DNA of 64,000 bases from a candidate division FCPU426 bacterium (GTDB lineage Bacteria; Oederibacteriota; Muellerivitia; Muellerivitales; Muellerivitaceae): NCBI GenBank assembly GCA_963719085.1, contig CAVRAL010000002.1, forward strand, positions 10,006-74,005, in the 5' to 3' direction. This document shows positions 9,563 through 19,615 of this stretch, piece after piece (within the stretch, counting starts at the first letter, position 1; every line of letters begins with the position of its first letter). The position numbers and the translations under genes are program-made. The notes beneath the pieces were generated by a model. The model saw only the letters and a list, made by a program, of their open reading frames with translations, ran no database searches and was not told the DNA's origin.

Positions 9563-9596
9563 TTTGCAATGATAAATGCGGATAAATGCCGATAGA
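9563..9596. repeat. Repeat arm, 10-bp-period family
   Basis: TTTGCAAT-GATAAATGCG-GATAAATGCC-GATAGA; 30/34 identical to the reverse complement of 9167-9200. Confidence 0.7.
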
Positions 9597-9690
9597 TAAC
9601 CAACAAAAATTTAATCATTTTCATCCGCGTCCGCGCCGCCTTCGCATCCAAAATCAAGGAGGGCGACATTGTCCCAAATTGTTTCGGCGG

Positions 9691-10770
9691 CTATTTCGAC
9701 GCTTCCGCCGCTTCCTTTTCCATCAAAGCCTGGAATTTTTTCTTGTCGTTGGCTTTGACGTAGGCCTGTTCGGCCGTGATCTTCCCTTCCTCGATAAACT
9801 TGGCCAAGCATTGGTCCATGGTCTGCATCCCGTTTTTAGCGCTCATCTCGATGAGCGCCTGGATGCCGGACACCTTTCCGGTGCGGATCAGGTTCGGCAG
9901 GCTCTTGTCGCCGGTCAGAATCTCCACGGCCGCGCAGCGCCCCTTGCCGTCTTTGGTCGGGCATAACTGCTGGGCCACAATCCCCTTGGTGCTGGCCGCC
10001 AAAGCGCCCCGCGCTTTGTCCCGCTCATCCGGGGGAAAAACGTTGATGATACGGTCGATGGTCTTGGCCGCCGAATTGGTGTGCAGGGTCCCAAAAACCA
10101 AAACCCCCATCTCGGCGGCGGCGATGGCCAATGAAATGGTCTCATAGTCGCGCATTTCCCCCACCAGGATGATATCCGGATCCTGGCGCATGGAGGAGCG
10201 AAGGGCGGCTTTAAAAGAATGGGTATCGCGGTGGACTTCCCGCTGGGTGATTTTGCACCGTTTGACCGGATGCACGAACTCGATCGGATCCTCAATCGTG
10301 AGGATGTTGGCTTCCCGGTTGGTATTGATGTCATCGATCATGCCGGCCAAGGTGGTGCTTTTACCGCTTCCCGTGGGACCAGTCACCAAAATGAGGCCCC
10401 GCCGGACCTTGCACAAGGTCTTCAAAACCGGCGGCATCCCCAAATCATCCAGGGTCAATATCTTGGCCGGAATGGTCCGGAAAACCGCGGCCATTCCCTG
10501 TTGGTTAAAAAACACGTTGGCGCGAAAACGCGCCAAATTCGGCACCTCGTAGGCGTAATCGTAATCATGCCGGGCCCAGGCAATTTCCCATTGTTCCGGC
10601 GTCATGGTCTCATAGACCAAAACATGCATCACTTGTTCGGTAATGACCCAATCGGCTAAAGGTACCAATTCCCCCTTGGCCCGGATGAGCGGCGGATTGC
10701 CGATGGTCAAATGCATATCGGAAGCCTTGCGTTCCACCATGGTTTTGAATAGTTCGTCGATGGTCGCCAT
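9691..10770 (-). CDS. pilT: Type IV pilus retraction ATPase, PilT family
   Basis: ASDMHL, GPTGSGKSTT, TIEDPIE, RQDPDIILVGEMRD, GTLHT. Confidence 0.9.
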   Translation of the reverse strand: MATIDELFKTMVERKASDMHLTIGNPPLIRAKGELVPLADWVITEQVMHVLVYETMTPEQWEIAWARHDYDYAYEVPNLARFRANVFFNQQGMAAVFRTIPAKILTLDDLGMPPVLKTLCKVRRGLILVTGPTGSGKSTTLAGMIDDINTNREANILTIEDPIEFVHPVKRCKITQREVHRDTHSFKAALRSSMRQDPDIILVGEMRDYETISLAIAAAEMGVLVFGTLHTNSAAKTIDRIINVFPPDERDKARGALAASTKGIVAQQLCPTKDGKGRCAAVEILTGDKSLPNLIRTGKVSGIQALIEMSAKNGMQTMDQCLAKFIEEGKITAEQAYVKANDKKKFQALMEKEAAEASK

Positions 10771-11804
10771 TAGGATTCTTCCGCCAGAATCTCGTCCATC
10801 TGGGCTTGGGTAATCCGAGTGGACGCCACCATGGATCGAAGCGACGCGTCCATGGACTGCATGCCTTGAGAGCCGCCGGTGGCGATAAGGGATGGTATTT
10901 TGTGCGTGTCGCTGTCCCGGATGGTGTTGGCCATGGCCAGGCTGTTGACCAATATCTCAAAGGCGGGAACCATGGCGGTCCCCTCGGCGTTCACCAAAAG
11001 CCTTTGGGAAATGATTCCCACCAAACTTTCGGACAAGCTGGCGATCGCCTGCGATTGCTCGGACGCGGGGAAAAGATTCACCACCCGGGAAATGGTGGCG
11101 GCCGCCGAACCCGTGTGGAGCGTGCCGATGACCAAATGGCCCGTCTCCGCCGCCGTCAGGGCCAGGCTCATCGTCTCGGTGTCGCGCATCTCCCCCACCA
11201 TGATGATGTCCGGGTCTTCCCGCAAGGCGCTTCTGAGCGCCGCCGAAAAGCTGGCCGTGTGGGGACCCACGCTTCGCTGGTTGACCAGTGATTTTTTACG
11301 CTGGTGGATATACTCAATCGGGTCCTCGATGGTGATGATATGCTCGTCGCTTTCGGAGTTCAGGTAATCCACCAGCGCCGCGCAGGTCGTGGACTTTCCA
11401 CAGCGCCCCGGCCCCGTGATCAGAATGAGCCCTTGGTTGGCGTCGGCGAATTTTTTCAGGATGGGCGGAAGGCCCAGTTGATCGATGGAAGCGACCTTGG
11501 AGCTAAAATGCCGGAACACCGCGTCCCATCCGCGCCGCTGGCGAAAAGCGTTGACCCGAAATCTTTCCCCATTGGCCATGGTATAAGCCGTGTCGATTTC
11601 CCAATCCGTCTTCAGCTTTTCCGCCATGGCCGCGTCCAGAATCTCAAAAATGAGCTCTTCGCAGTCTTGGATCGTGAGGGGCTGTTCAGTTAAGGGGGTG
11701 AGGCGGCCCAACAGGCGCAAATAAACGGGGGATTCGGAGGCGATATGAAGATCCGAGCCCTTGCGGTCAATACAGGCTTGAAGGTAGGAATCCAGTTTGG
11801 GCAT
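10770..11804 (-). CDS. pilT: PilT/PilU family ATPase, second paralogue
   Basis: GSDLHI, Walker A GPGRCGKSTT, TIEDPIE, ALREDPDIIMVGEMRD, AAETGHLV.GTLHT. Confidence 0.88.
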   Translation of the reverse strand: MPKLDSYLQACIDRKGSDLHIASESPVYLRLLGRLTPLTEQPLTIQDCEELIFEILDAAMAEKLKTDWEIDTAYTMANGERFRVNAFRQRRGWDAVFRHFSSKVASIDQLGLPPILKKFADANQGLILITGPGRCGKSTTCAALVDYLNSESDEHIITIEDPIEYIHQRKKSLVNQRSVGPHTASFSAALRSALREDPDIIMVGEMRDTETMSLALTAAETGHLVIGTLHTGSAAATISRVVNLFPASEQSQAIASLSESLVGIISQRLLVNAEGTAMVPAFEILVNSLAMANTIRDSDTHKIPSLIATGGSQGMQSMDASLRSMVASTRITQAQMDEILAEES

Positions 11805-11837
11805 AGGTCGCTTTGAAACGGGATAAGGGTCTCATGG

Positions 11838-11866
11838 AAAATAAACGGATTAAAGGACGAAGTCAA
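11838..11866 (-). promoter_or_regulatory. Sigma70-type promoter for the pilT pair
   Basis: TTGACT-17 bp-TATTTT on the minus strand. Confidence 0.5.
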
Positions 11867-11888
11867 CCGTGAAACACGAACCTATTTC

Positions 11889-12026
11889 ACCGCCAAGACG
11901 CCAAGTTCGCTAAGAAAGGCAAAAAATATCAGGTTAAAGATTTATGTCATCCAAAATAATAAAGAAATTGTCTAGGATTCTTGGAGAAACATAAGCAGTT
12001 CTTGGCGAACTTGGCGTCTTGGCGGT
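11889..12026. repeat. REP/REPIN-like inverted-repeat element, CGCCAAG family, copy 1
   Basis: 28-bp arms ACCGCCAAGACGCCAAGTTCGCTAAGAA (11889-11916) and 11999-12026 (27/28 complementary) around an 82-bp AT-rich spacer. Confidence 0.9.
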
Positions 12027-12056
12027 AAAAATGTTTTTCTTAGCTTTCGCCAAAAC

Positions 12057-12091
12057 AAAAAAGGCCCCGGCGGTTGCCCGCCGGGGCCTTT
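12057..12091 (-). terminator. Intrinsic terminator of groES-groEL
   Basis: Stem AAGGCCCCGGCGG/CCGCCGGGGCCTT followed by a T run on the minus strand. Confidence 0.85.
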
Positions 12092-12121
12092 AAACTTCTA
12101 ACTACTCACTTCTAACTGATT

Positions 12122-13834
<1,713 letters not shown>

Positions 13835-14125
13835 TTAACCTTCGACCACGCCAATGATGCTTTCTTCTTTCAAAATGACGTATTCTTTGTTGTCGATGGT
13901 GACGTCTTCGCCGCCGTATTTTTCGAAGAGGACTGTGTCCCCTTCTTTCACATCCAGCTTGAGAACCTCACCCTTTTCATTCACCCGGCCTTTGCCGACG
14001 GCGATGATTTTGCCCTTTTGCTGCTTCTCGCGGGCGGCGTCCGGAATGATGATGCCGCTCGTGGTCTTTTCAGCTTCTCCCACGCGTTCGATCAAAACCC
14101 GGTCGTGTAACGGACGAAATTTCAT
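13835..14125 (-). CDS. groS: Co-chaperonin GroES
   Basis: MKFRPLHDRVLI...SGIIIPD...AVGKG; ATG at 14125 with an AGGAGG RBS (the ORF-track start is too long). Confidence 0.98.
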   Translation of the reverse strand: MKFRPLHDRVLIERVGEAEKTTSGIIIPDAAREKQQKGKIIAVGKGRVNEKGEVLKLDVKEGDTVLFEKYGGEDVTIDNKEYVILKEESIIGVVEG

Positions 14126-14217
14126 AAAACACCCTCCTAAAAATTTACTCACAGCCGCCCCAGGGGCCGCCGCGAGATTGAATTCAATCTTTGTTTGGCG
14201 GCAGAAAAGCCGCCGGA

Positions 14218-14244
14218 TTAGCACTCAATCAGCTCGAGTGCTAG
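14218..14244. promoter_or_regulatory. CIRCE element (HrcA operator)
   Basis: TTAGCACTC-N9-GAGTGCTAG, one mismatch from the CIRCE consensus, upstream of groES. Confidence 0.95.
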
Positions 14245-14251
14245 GGTGGTA

Positions 14252-14280
14252 ATAATAGGCACAGGCCCTGGGAGCGTCAA
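14252..14280 (-). promoter_or_regulatory. Sigma70-type promoter of groES-groEL
   Basis: TTGACG-17 bp-TATTAT immediately upstream of CIRCE. Confidence 0.8.
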
Positions 14281-14318
14281 GATTGGGATTGAAAAAAACA
14301 GGTTAAATGCGCGGGCAT

Positions 14319-14353
14319 AAAAAAAGCCCCCCATCTCAAGATGAGAGGCTTTT
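14319..14353 (-). terminator. Intrinsic terminator after the HU gene
   Basis: Imperfect stem AAAAGCC..CATCT/GATG..GGCTTTT with a T7 tail on the minus strand. Confidence 0.7.
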
Positions 14354-14375
14354 GAATTGATCTTACGCCGTTGTT

Positions 14376-14648
14376 TTACTTGACGATTTCCTTGAAATTT
14401 TTCGAAGGCAGGAACTTCGGCGCCCGCTTGGCGGGAACCTGGATCGACTCCCCGGTCTTGGGGTTGCGGGCCAGCCGGGCTTTTTTGTCCTTCAACTTAA
14501 AAATGCCCAAACCCGTGATATTGACTTTGTCGCCGGTTTTAATGGTTTCGATAATCGTGGTGATGAGGGCGTCCAGAGCTTTCTGGGTATCCGCCTTTTT
14601 TAGGCCGGTGATTTCGACAATCTTCGCGACCAATTCGTCTTTGGTCAT
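14376..14648 (-). CDS. hup: DNA-binding protein HU
   Basis: MTKDELVAKI...GLGIF...ARNPKTGE...PKF.PSK, 90 aa. Confidence 0.95.
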   Translation of the reverse strand: MTKDELVAKIVEITGLKKADTQKALDALITTIIETIKTGDKVNITGLGIFKLKDKKARLARNPKTGESIQVPAKRAPKFLPSKNFKEIVK

Positions 14649-14844
14649 TCGCTTACCCTCCGCAAAGTCAAAAAAAGCTTAAAAAGCGTTGATTTGCTGG
14701 ATTAAGTATGCACCTGGCTTAAAAACCTGGCAAGCAAAAACCCTTTATTTTCAGCTGTTTGAACGTTGCAAAGGAAAAAAGCTTTTAAAATAAGGCTTTT
14801 ATCGCCGGCCTCTACCGCCGAAGGAACCGAAAACCCTTTTAAAA

Positions 14845-15714
14845 TCAGCGGTAAATTTCAGGCCGAAAATAAAAACGCCGTTGAATCACCTGTTTGATTT
14901 TAGGCATCTGCCGTTTGGCTTCTTTTTCACCGGCGTCAATCAAACTTTTTCCCGTGCTGAAGTCGAACAAATCAAAGAGCCGCAAATCCGGCTCGATCAA
15001 AACATCGGCTTGGTCCCGCCAGTGGGATTGTTCCCGCACGAAGAAATACCAAACCCGCATGAGGATTTGAAACACGTTGGAGGCCGGGGGGAAAACTTGG
15101 TTATGGCCGAAAACATTGACCGCGATCACCACATCCGCTCCCAGCGCCTTCAAAGCCTTCACCGGCACGTTTTCGGACATGCCGCCATCCACCAATTGAC
15201 AGCCTTCCATTTCCACCGGCGAGTAGATTCCGGGAATCGTGCAGGACGCCCGAACCGCTTTATCCAAAGCGCCCCGGGTGAAAACCACTTCCTGGCCCGA
15301 GCAAATATCCGTCGCCACGACCGCCAAAGGTTTTTTAAGCTCGTCAAAGGTGGCGACCTTCAGGTACTTACGGATGTATTCCTCGATCGGACCTGAGGAA
15401 ACCAGCCCGCTGCGGGAAGGGCGGAAAGAAAAAAGCTCGCCCCAGTTAGTATTGATCCCAATTTCCTCGATGCGGGAAACGGGCAGGCCCGTCGCGTAAG
15501 CCGCCGCGATGATGGCGCCCGCGCTGGTACCGGCGATGCAATCCACTTGCACGCCGGCCTTTTCCAAGGCCTTCAAAACCCCGATCTGGGCCACGCCATA
15601 GGCGATGCCGCCGCAAAGGGCCAAGCCCACCTTATATTGGTTTGGTTTTTTTTCCTTTTGCAGCTGCTGAAGGGTACGGAGATTTAAGTGGGGCCCTGAT
15701 TGCTTTTTTGCCAT
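14845..15714 (-). CDS. Patatin-like phospholipase
   Basis: GLALCGG, nucleophile GTSAG, VRASC.IPG, DGG. Confidence 0.9.
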   Translation of the reverse strand: MAKKQSGPHLNLRTLQQLQKEKKPNQYKVGLALCGGIAYGVAQIGVLKALEKAGVQVDCIAGTSAGAIIAAAYATGLPVSRIEEIGINTNWGELFSFRPSRSGLVSSGPIEEYIRKYLKVATFDELKKPLAVVATDICSGQEVVFTRGALDKAVRASCTIPGIYSPVEMEGCQLVDGGMSENVPVKALKALGADVVIAVNVFGHNQVFPPASNVFQILMRVWYFFVREQSHWRDQADVLIEPDLRLFDLFDFSTGKSLIDAGEKEAKRQMPKIKQVIQRRFYFRPEIYR

Positions 15715-15720
15715 GGGTTT

Positions 15721-16500
15721 TTATTTATCCGTGAACTTCGGTTGTCTTTTTTCGATGAAGGCCGAAACCCCTTCTTTCATATCGGGCGACTCGCAGCAAA
15801 CCGCGAACATATCGGATTCCAACTTCATTCCCTCATCCAAATGGGACTGCTCGGGCCCTAAGGTCATCGCCTTCAGCGCCTGGGCGATGGCCACCGCCGG
15901 CTTCATCGCGATTTTTTTGGCGAGTCCTTGCGCTTGGCGTAAAACTTCCGCTTCCGGCACCACATGATTCACCAACCCCGCCGCCTTCGCGTCCTGGGGC
16001 GCGATATTATCGCCAGTTAAAATCCACTCGATGGCTTTCGCCTTACCGGCCAAGAGGGCCATGCGCTGGGTCCCGCCAAAGCCCGGGATGATTCCCAGGT
16101 TAATCTCGGGCTGTCCCAAGCGGGCGCGATCGGAGCAAATCCGGATATGGCAGGCCATCGCCAGCTCCATCCCGCCGCCCAGGCAGACGCCGTTGATGGC
16201 CGCGATGACGGGTTTTTCCAAACGCTCGATCTTCATCAAGACCGCCTGGCCCCGGGTCGTGGCCTTTTTCCCGTCCGCGGCCGTGGTGAGCTGGGTGAAT
16301 TCTTTAATGTCCGCGCCGGCCACGAAAACAGGCCCCGTCCCGGTGAGGATGATCACTTTGGCCTCGGGGTTTTTCGCCAATTCGCCGAAGGTCGATTCCA
16401 GCTCCGTCAAAACATCCGCGGACAAAGCGTTCACCGGCGGACGGTTGATCGTCACCGTGGCCACCTTGGATTCAATCGCCACATTTAAGTACTGTCCCAT
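15721..16500 (-). CDS. Enoyl-CoA hydratase (crotonase family)
   Basis: AGADIKE, GGGMELA, GQPEINLGIIPG.GGTQR. Confidence 0.93.
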   Translation of the reverse strand: MGQYLNVAIESKVATVTINRPPVNALSADVLTELESTFGELAKNPEAKVIILTGTGPVFVAGADIKEFTQLTTAADGKKATTRGQAVLMKIERLEKPVIAAINGVCLGGGMELAMACHIRICSDRARLGQPEINLGIIPGFGGTQRMALLAGKAKAIEWILTGDNIAPQDAKAAGLVNHVVPEAEVLRQAQGLAKKIAMKPAVAIAQALKAMTLGPEQSHLDEGMKLESDMFAVCCESPDMKEGVSAFIEKRQPKFTDK

Positions 16501-16541
16501 AAAACCTCCCTAACGATTAGGATTCAAGCAGAACAAAATTT

Positions 16542-16642
16542 ACCGCCAAGACGCCAAGTTCGCCAAGAACACCAAAATCATCCCTTTGGTTTTAAACCTT
16601 GGTTCGCCTTGATTTTCTTGGCGAACTTGGCGTCTTGGCGGT
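16542..16642. repeat. REP/REPIN-like inverted-repeat element, CGCCAAG family, copy 2
   Basis: Perfect 28-bp inverted repeat ACCGCCAAGACGCCAAGTTCGCCAAGAA (16542-16569 / 16615-16642) around a 45-bp spacer. Confidence 0.92.
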
Positions 16643-16653
16643 GAAAATAGATT

Positions 16654-17865
16654 TTAGTAAGTAAAAAAACCCTTTTTCGTCTTTTGGCCCAAATAGTTGG
16701 CCGCGACCATGCGTTTTAAAATCGGGGCTGGCCAGAAACGGGGCCCCAAGGTTTTTGAGAATTCCTTCAATTTTTCCAGCACCACGTCCACGCCGATGCC
16801 GTCGGCCAAATGAAGCGGGCCGCCTTTGTCCTGGGGAAACCCGGTTCCCGCCAGCATAGCCAGGTCGATATCGGAGGGCGAGGCCACGTTTTCTTCCAAA
16901 CAATAGGCCGCCTCATTGATCATCTGGAACACCAGCCGTTCAGGGGAGAATGGGGTTCCCTTGATCCCAGTCTTGGCTTGGATCTCATCCACAATCGGTT
17001 TTAGGTCGGCCTTTTTGGACTCGTCATAAACATAAAAACCGATCCCGTTTTTGGTGCCCAAGCGGTTCGCCTTATGCATGGCGCCGAGAATTTCAGCGGC
17101 TTTCATGCGCGGCCCGAAGGAATCATAAAGAATCATCGAGACATCCGCGCAGACGTCCAAGCCCAGCATGTCCAAAAGCGCGAAGGGGCCCATGGGCATT
17201 CCGAAGGCGCGCATCGCCTTGTCCATCTCTTCCGGCGGCGCCGAGCCTTCTTGCAAGGCGTAAGCGGCCTCGTTTAAGTAAGGAAGCAGGAGACGGTTTA
17301 CCAAAAAGCCGGCGCATTCTTTCACCCGGACCGGCATCTTGCGGAGGGACTCAGCGAAAGCCACCGCGTCGTCCACGGTTTCGGAGGAAGTTTGCAGTCC
17401 CGGAATCACCTCGACCAATTTCATGACCGGGGCCGGGTTGAAGAAATGAATGCCGATAACTTTGTCCGAACGCTTGACCGCCGAGGCGATCTGCGAAATG
17501 GAAAGCGCCGAGGTATTGGTTGCCATGATGGCGGTTTCCGGCAAAACCTTCTCCAGATCTTGAAAAACCTGTTGTTTGACCTTCATATTCTCGAAAACAG
17601 CCTCAATCACGAGGTCACAATCTTTGAAATCGTCGTAAGAAGTAGTACCCGAAACCAAGGTCATCTTTTGTTCAAGTTCCGACGCCGACATCTTGCCTTT
17701 ATCCACCCGGGCCTGATAGACCTTGCGAACCAACTCGATTCCCTTTTTAACCCGCTCATCATCCGTATCCTTGATCACCACCGGCAATCCGGAAAAAGAA
17801 ATGACCTGGGCGATTCCCGCCCCCATAGCCCCCGCGCCGACTACACCGGCTTTATAAATGAACAT
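16654..17865 (-). CDS. 3-hydroxyacyl-CoA dehydrogenase with a duplicated C-terminal domain
   Basis: GAGAMG, IEAVFE, TNTS, HFFNP, GFLVNR, two PMGP/GGP C-terminal modules. Confidence 0.93.
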   Translation of the reverse strand: MFIYKAGVVGAGAMGAGIAQVISFSGLPVVIKDTDDERVKKGIELVRKVYQARVDKGKMSASELEQKMTLVSGTTSYDDFKDCDLVIEAVFENMKVKQQVFQDLEKVLPETAIMATNTSALSISQIASAVKRSDKVIGIHFFNPAPVMKLVEVIPGLQTSSETVDDAVAFAESLRKMPVRVKECAGFLVNRLLLPYLNEAAYALQEGSAPPEEMDKAMRAFGMPMGPFALLDMLGLDVCADVSMILYDSFGPRMKAAEILGAMHKANRLGTKNGIGFYVYDESKKADLKPIVDEIQAKTGIKGTPFSPERLVFQMINEAAYCLEENVASPSDIDLAMLAGTGFPQDKGGPLHLADGIGVDVVLEKLKEFSKTLGPRFWPAPILKRMVAANYLGQKTKKGFFTY

Positions 17866-17887
17866 GTTTGACCTCCCGGTCTAACGT

Positions 17888-18256
17888 TTAGAACATTCCA
17901 TCTTTGTTCACGACATCTTTTTGGATCGGCTGGGCCAGATCCCACAATTCCACGATCTTCTCGCCTTCGAAACGGAACCAGTGAACGACCGCCAGTTCCA
18001 ACTCCCCGATCTTCAAAACCAACCGGGAATGAACCGCCACTTGATTCCCCGCTTCCAATACTTTTTTCACCTCGAATTGCTTGTTAGGGAACATGCCGTC
18101 GTTTTCCAACATGCCTTTCTTCAAGGCCTCGAATCCGGCCGGGGTATAAGCGTTGTGATGCTTCCCCTTCATGTCGACGTGCTTGGCGTAAGCCTGTTCG
18201 ATCCGGCCCGCCACCACCATTTTCAAAAAATCCAAAGCCGCTTGCTGATGATCCAT
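17888..18256 (-). CDS. SnoaL/NTF2-like protein
   Basis: ATG at 18256; HHN...G...GNQVAVHS...VVHWFRFEGEKIVELWD SnoaL-like pattern. Confidence 0.8.
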   Translation of the reverse strand: MDHQQAALDFLKMVVAGRIEQAYAKHVDMKGKHHNAYTPAGFEALKKGMLENDGMFPNKQFEVKKVLEAGNQVAVHSRLVLKIGELELAVVHWFRFEGEKIVELWDLAQPIQKDVVNKDGMF

Positions 18257-18273
18257 CTTAATTTTCCCGCGGA

Positions 18274-19464
18274 TTATTTGCGTTCCAATATCATCGCCCC
18301 GCCCAAGCCGCCGCCGATGCACATGGAGATGATTCCCAAATCCACATTACGGCGGGTCATTTCTTTGAGCGCGGTCAAAATGAGCCGGGCGCCGGTCATG
18401 CCCACCGGATGGCCCAGCGCGATCGAGCCGCCGTTGACGTTTAAAATTTCCCGGTTCATTTTTAAAACCCGGTCATCCGCCAAAACCTGGGCCGCGAAGG
18501 CCTCGTTGATCTCAATCAGCTTCATATCCGAAAGTTCCAAGCCGCCTTTTTTGAGCGCCCTTGGAATCGCGTGGGCCGGCCCGATGCCCATCCGTTCCGG
18601 CTCCACGCCGGAAAAAGCGTAAGAGCGCACATAGCCCAAAGGCTTATAACCAAGCGCGTCGGCTTTTTCTTTGGACATCACCATCAGAACCGCCGCGCCG
18701 TCATTGATGCCGCAGGCGTTTCCCGGCGTGACCGTGCCGCCCTCTTTAAAGATAGTCGGATAAGAAGCCAGCGTCTGTTCGTTCAAAGCGATATTGATTC
18801 CCTCATCTTGGGTGATGGGTTCGGCGGCCACAGGCTTGCCCATCACTTTCTTTTGGACGATCACGGGGACAATCTCCTCTTTGAATTTATTTTCCCGTTG
18901 GGCTTTGAAAGCCTTTTTGTGGCTCTGCACGGCGTATTCGTCTTGTTCCTTGCGGGAAATTTTAAACTCATCGGCCAAAACCTCGGCGGTTTGGCCCATG
19001 ACCAAATGGCAAACCGGGTCCGTCAGCCCTTCCATCAGGCTGTCGATCATTTTGGAATCCCGCATACGCCGGCCGAATCTTAAATCCCGGCTCACGTAAG
19101 GCGCTTGGCTCATGGATTCGGTACCGCCGGCAAACTGTAAATCAGCGTCGCCGCATTGGATATTCTGGTAAGCGTTCACCACCGCCTGCATGCCGGAGGA
19201 ACAGTTACGCTGGACCGTATAAGCCGTGGCTTCTTTGGGAATTCCCGCGAGCAAAGCGGCCACCCGGGCTACGTTGGGCGCGTCCGAAAATTGGCCCACG
19301 CAGCCTAAAATAATCTCGTCAATCTCGGAAGACTTCAGGTTGTTGCGCTTCACCAGTTCTTTCATGACCGTCGCGGCCATATCCTGCGCCGTCACGTCTT
19401 TCAAAGCCCCGCCCAGGTTGCCAATGGGCGTCCTCGCCCCGTCCACAATGACCACGTCTTTCAT
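18274..19464 (-). CDS. Acetyl-CoA C-acyltransferase (thiolase)
   Basis: RTPIG, catalytic NCSSG, NEAFAAQ, GHPVG.TG, MCIGGG. Confidence 0.95.
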   Translation of the reverse strand: MKDVVIVDGARTPIGNLGGALKDVTAQDMAATVMKELVKRNNLKSSEIDEIILGCVGQFSDAPNVARVAALLAGIPKEATAYTVQRNCSSGMQAVVNAYQNIQCGDADLQFAGGTESMSQAPYVSRDLRFGRRMRDSKMIDSLMEGLTDPVCHLVMGQTAEVLADEFKISRKEQDEYAVQSHKKAFKAQRENKFKEEIVPVIVQKKVMGKPVAAEPITQDEGINIALNEQTLASYPTIFKEGGTVTPGNACGINDGAAVLMVMSKEKADALGYKPLGYVRSYAFSGVEPERMGIGPAHAIPRALKKGGLELSDMKLIEINEAFAAQVLADDRVLKMNREILNVNGGSIALGHPVGMTGARLILTALKEMTRRNVDLGIISMCIGGGLGGAMILERK

Positions 19465-19508
19465 GTTGTTCCCCTTTCAAAACCATTAACCCGCACCAAA
19501 ACAAACAT

Positions 19509-19602
19509 CCAACGCAAAGACGCCAAGACGCAAAGGAAATCAAAAAAACAAATTTGGTTTTACTTCAAAGTCCTTCTTGGCGTCTTAGCGTCTTCGCGTT
19601 GG
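19509..19602. repeat. Inverted-repeat element, AAGACGC(C/A) 8-bp-period variant
   Basis: CCAACGCAAAGACGCCAAGACGCAAAGGA (19509-19537) pairs imperfectly with TCCTTCTTGGCGTCTTAGCGTCTTCGCGTTGG (19571-19602). Confidence 0.85.
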
Positions 19603-19615
19603 CTTTTTTCGCCGG

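Noticed and set aside
14126..14224. N-terminal extension of GroES in the ORF track
   Set aside because: The true start is ATG 14125 with an RBS; the extension covers the 5' UTR and part of CIRCE.
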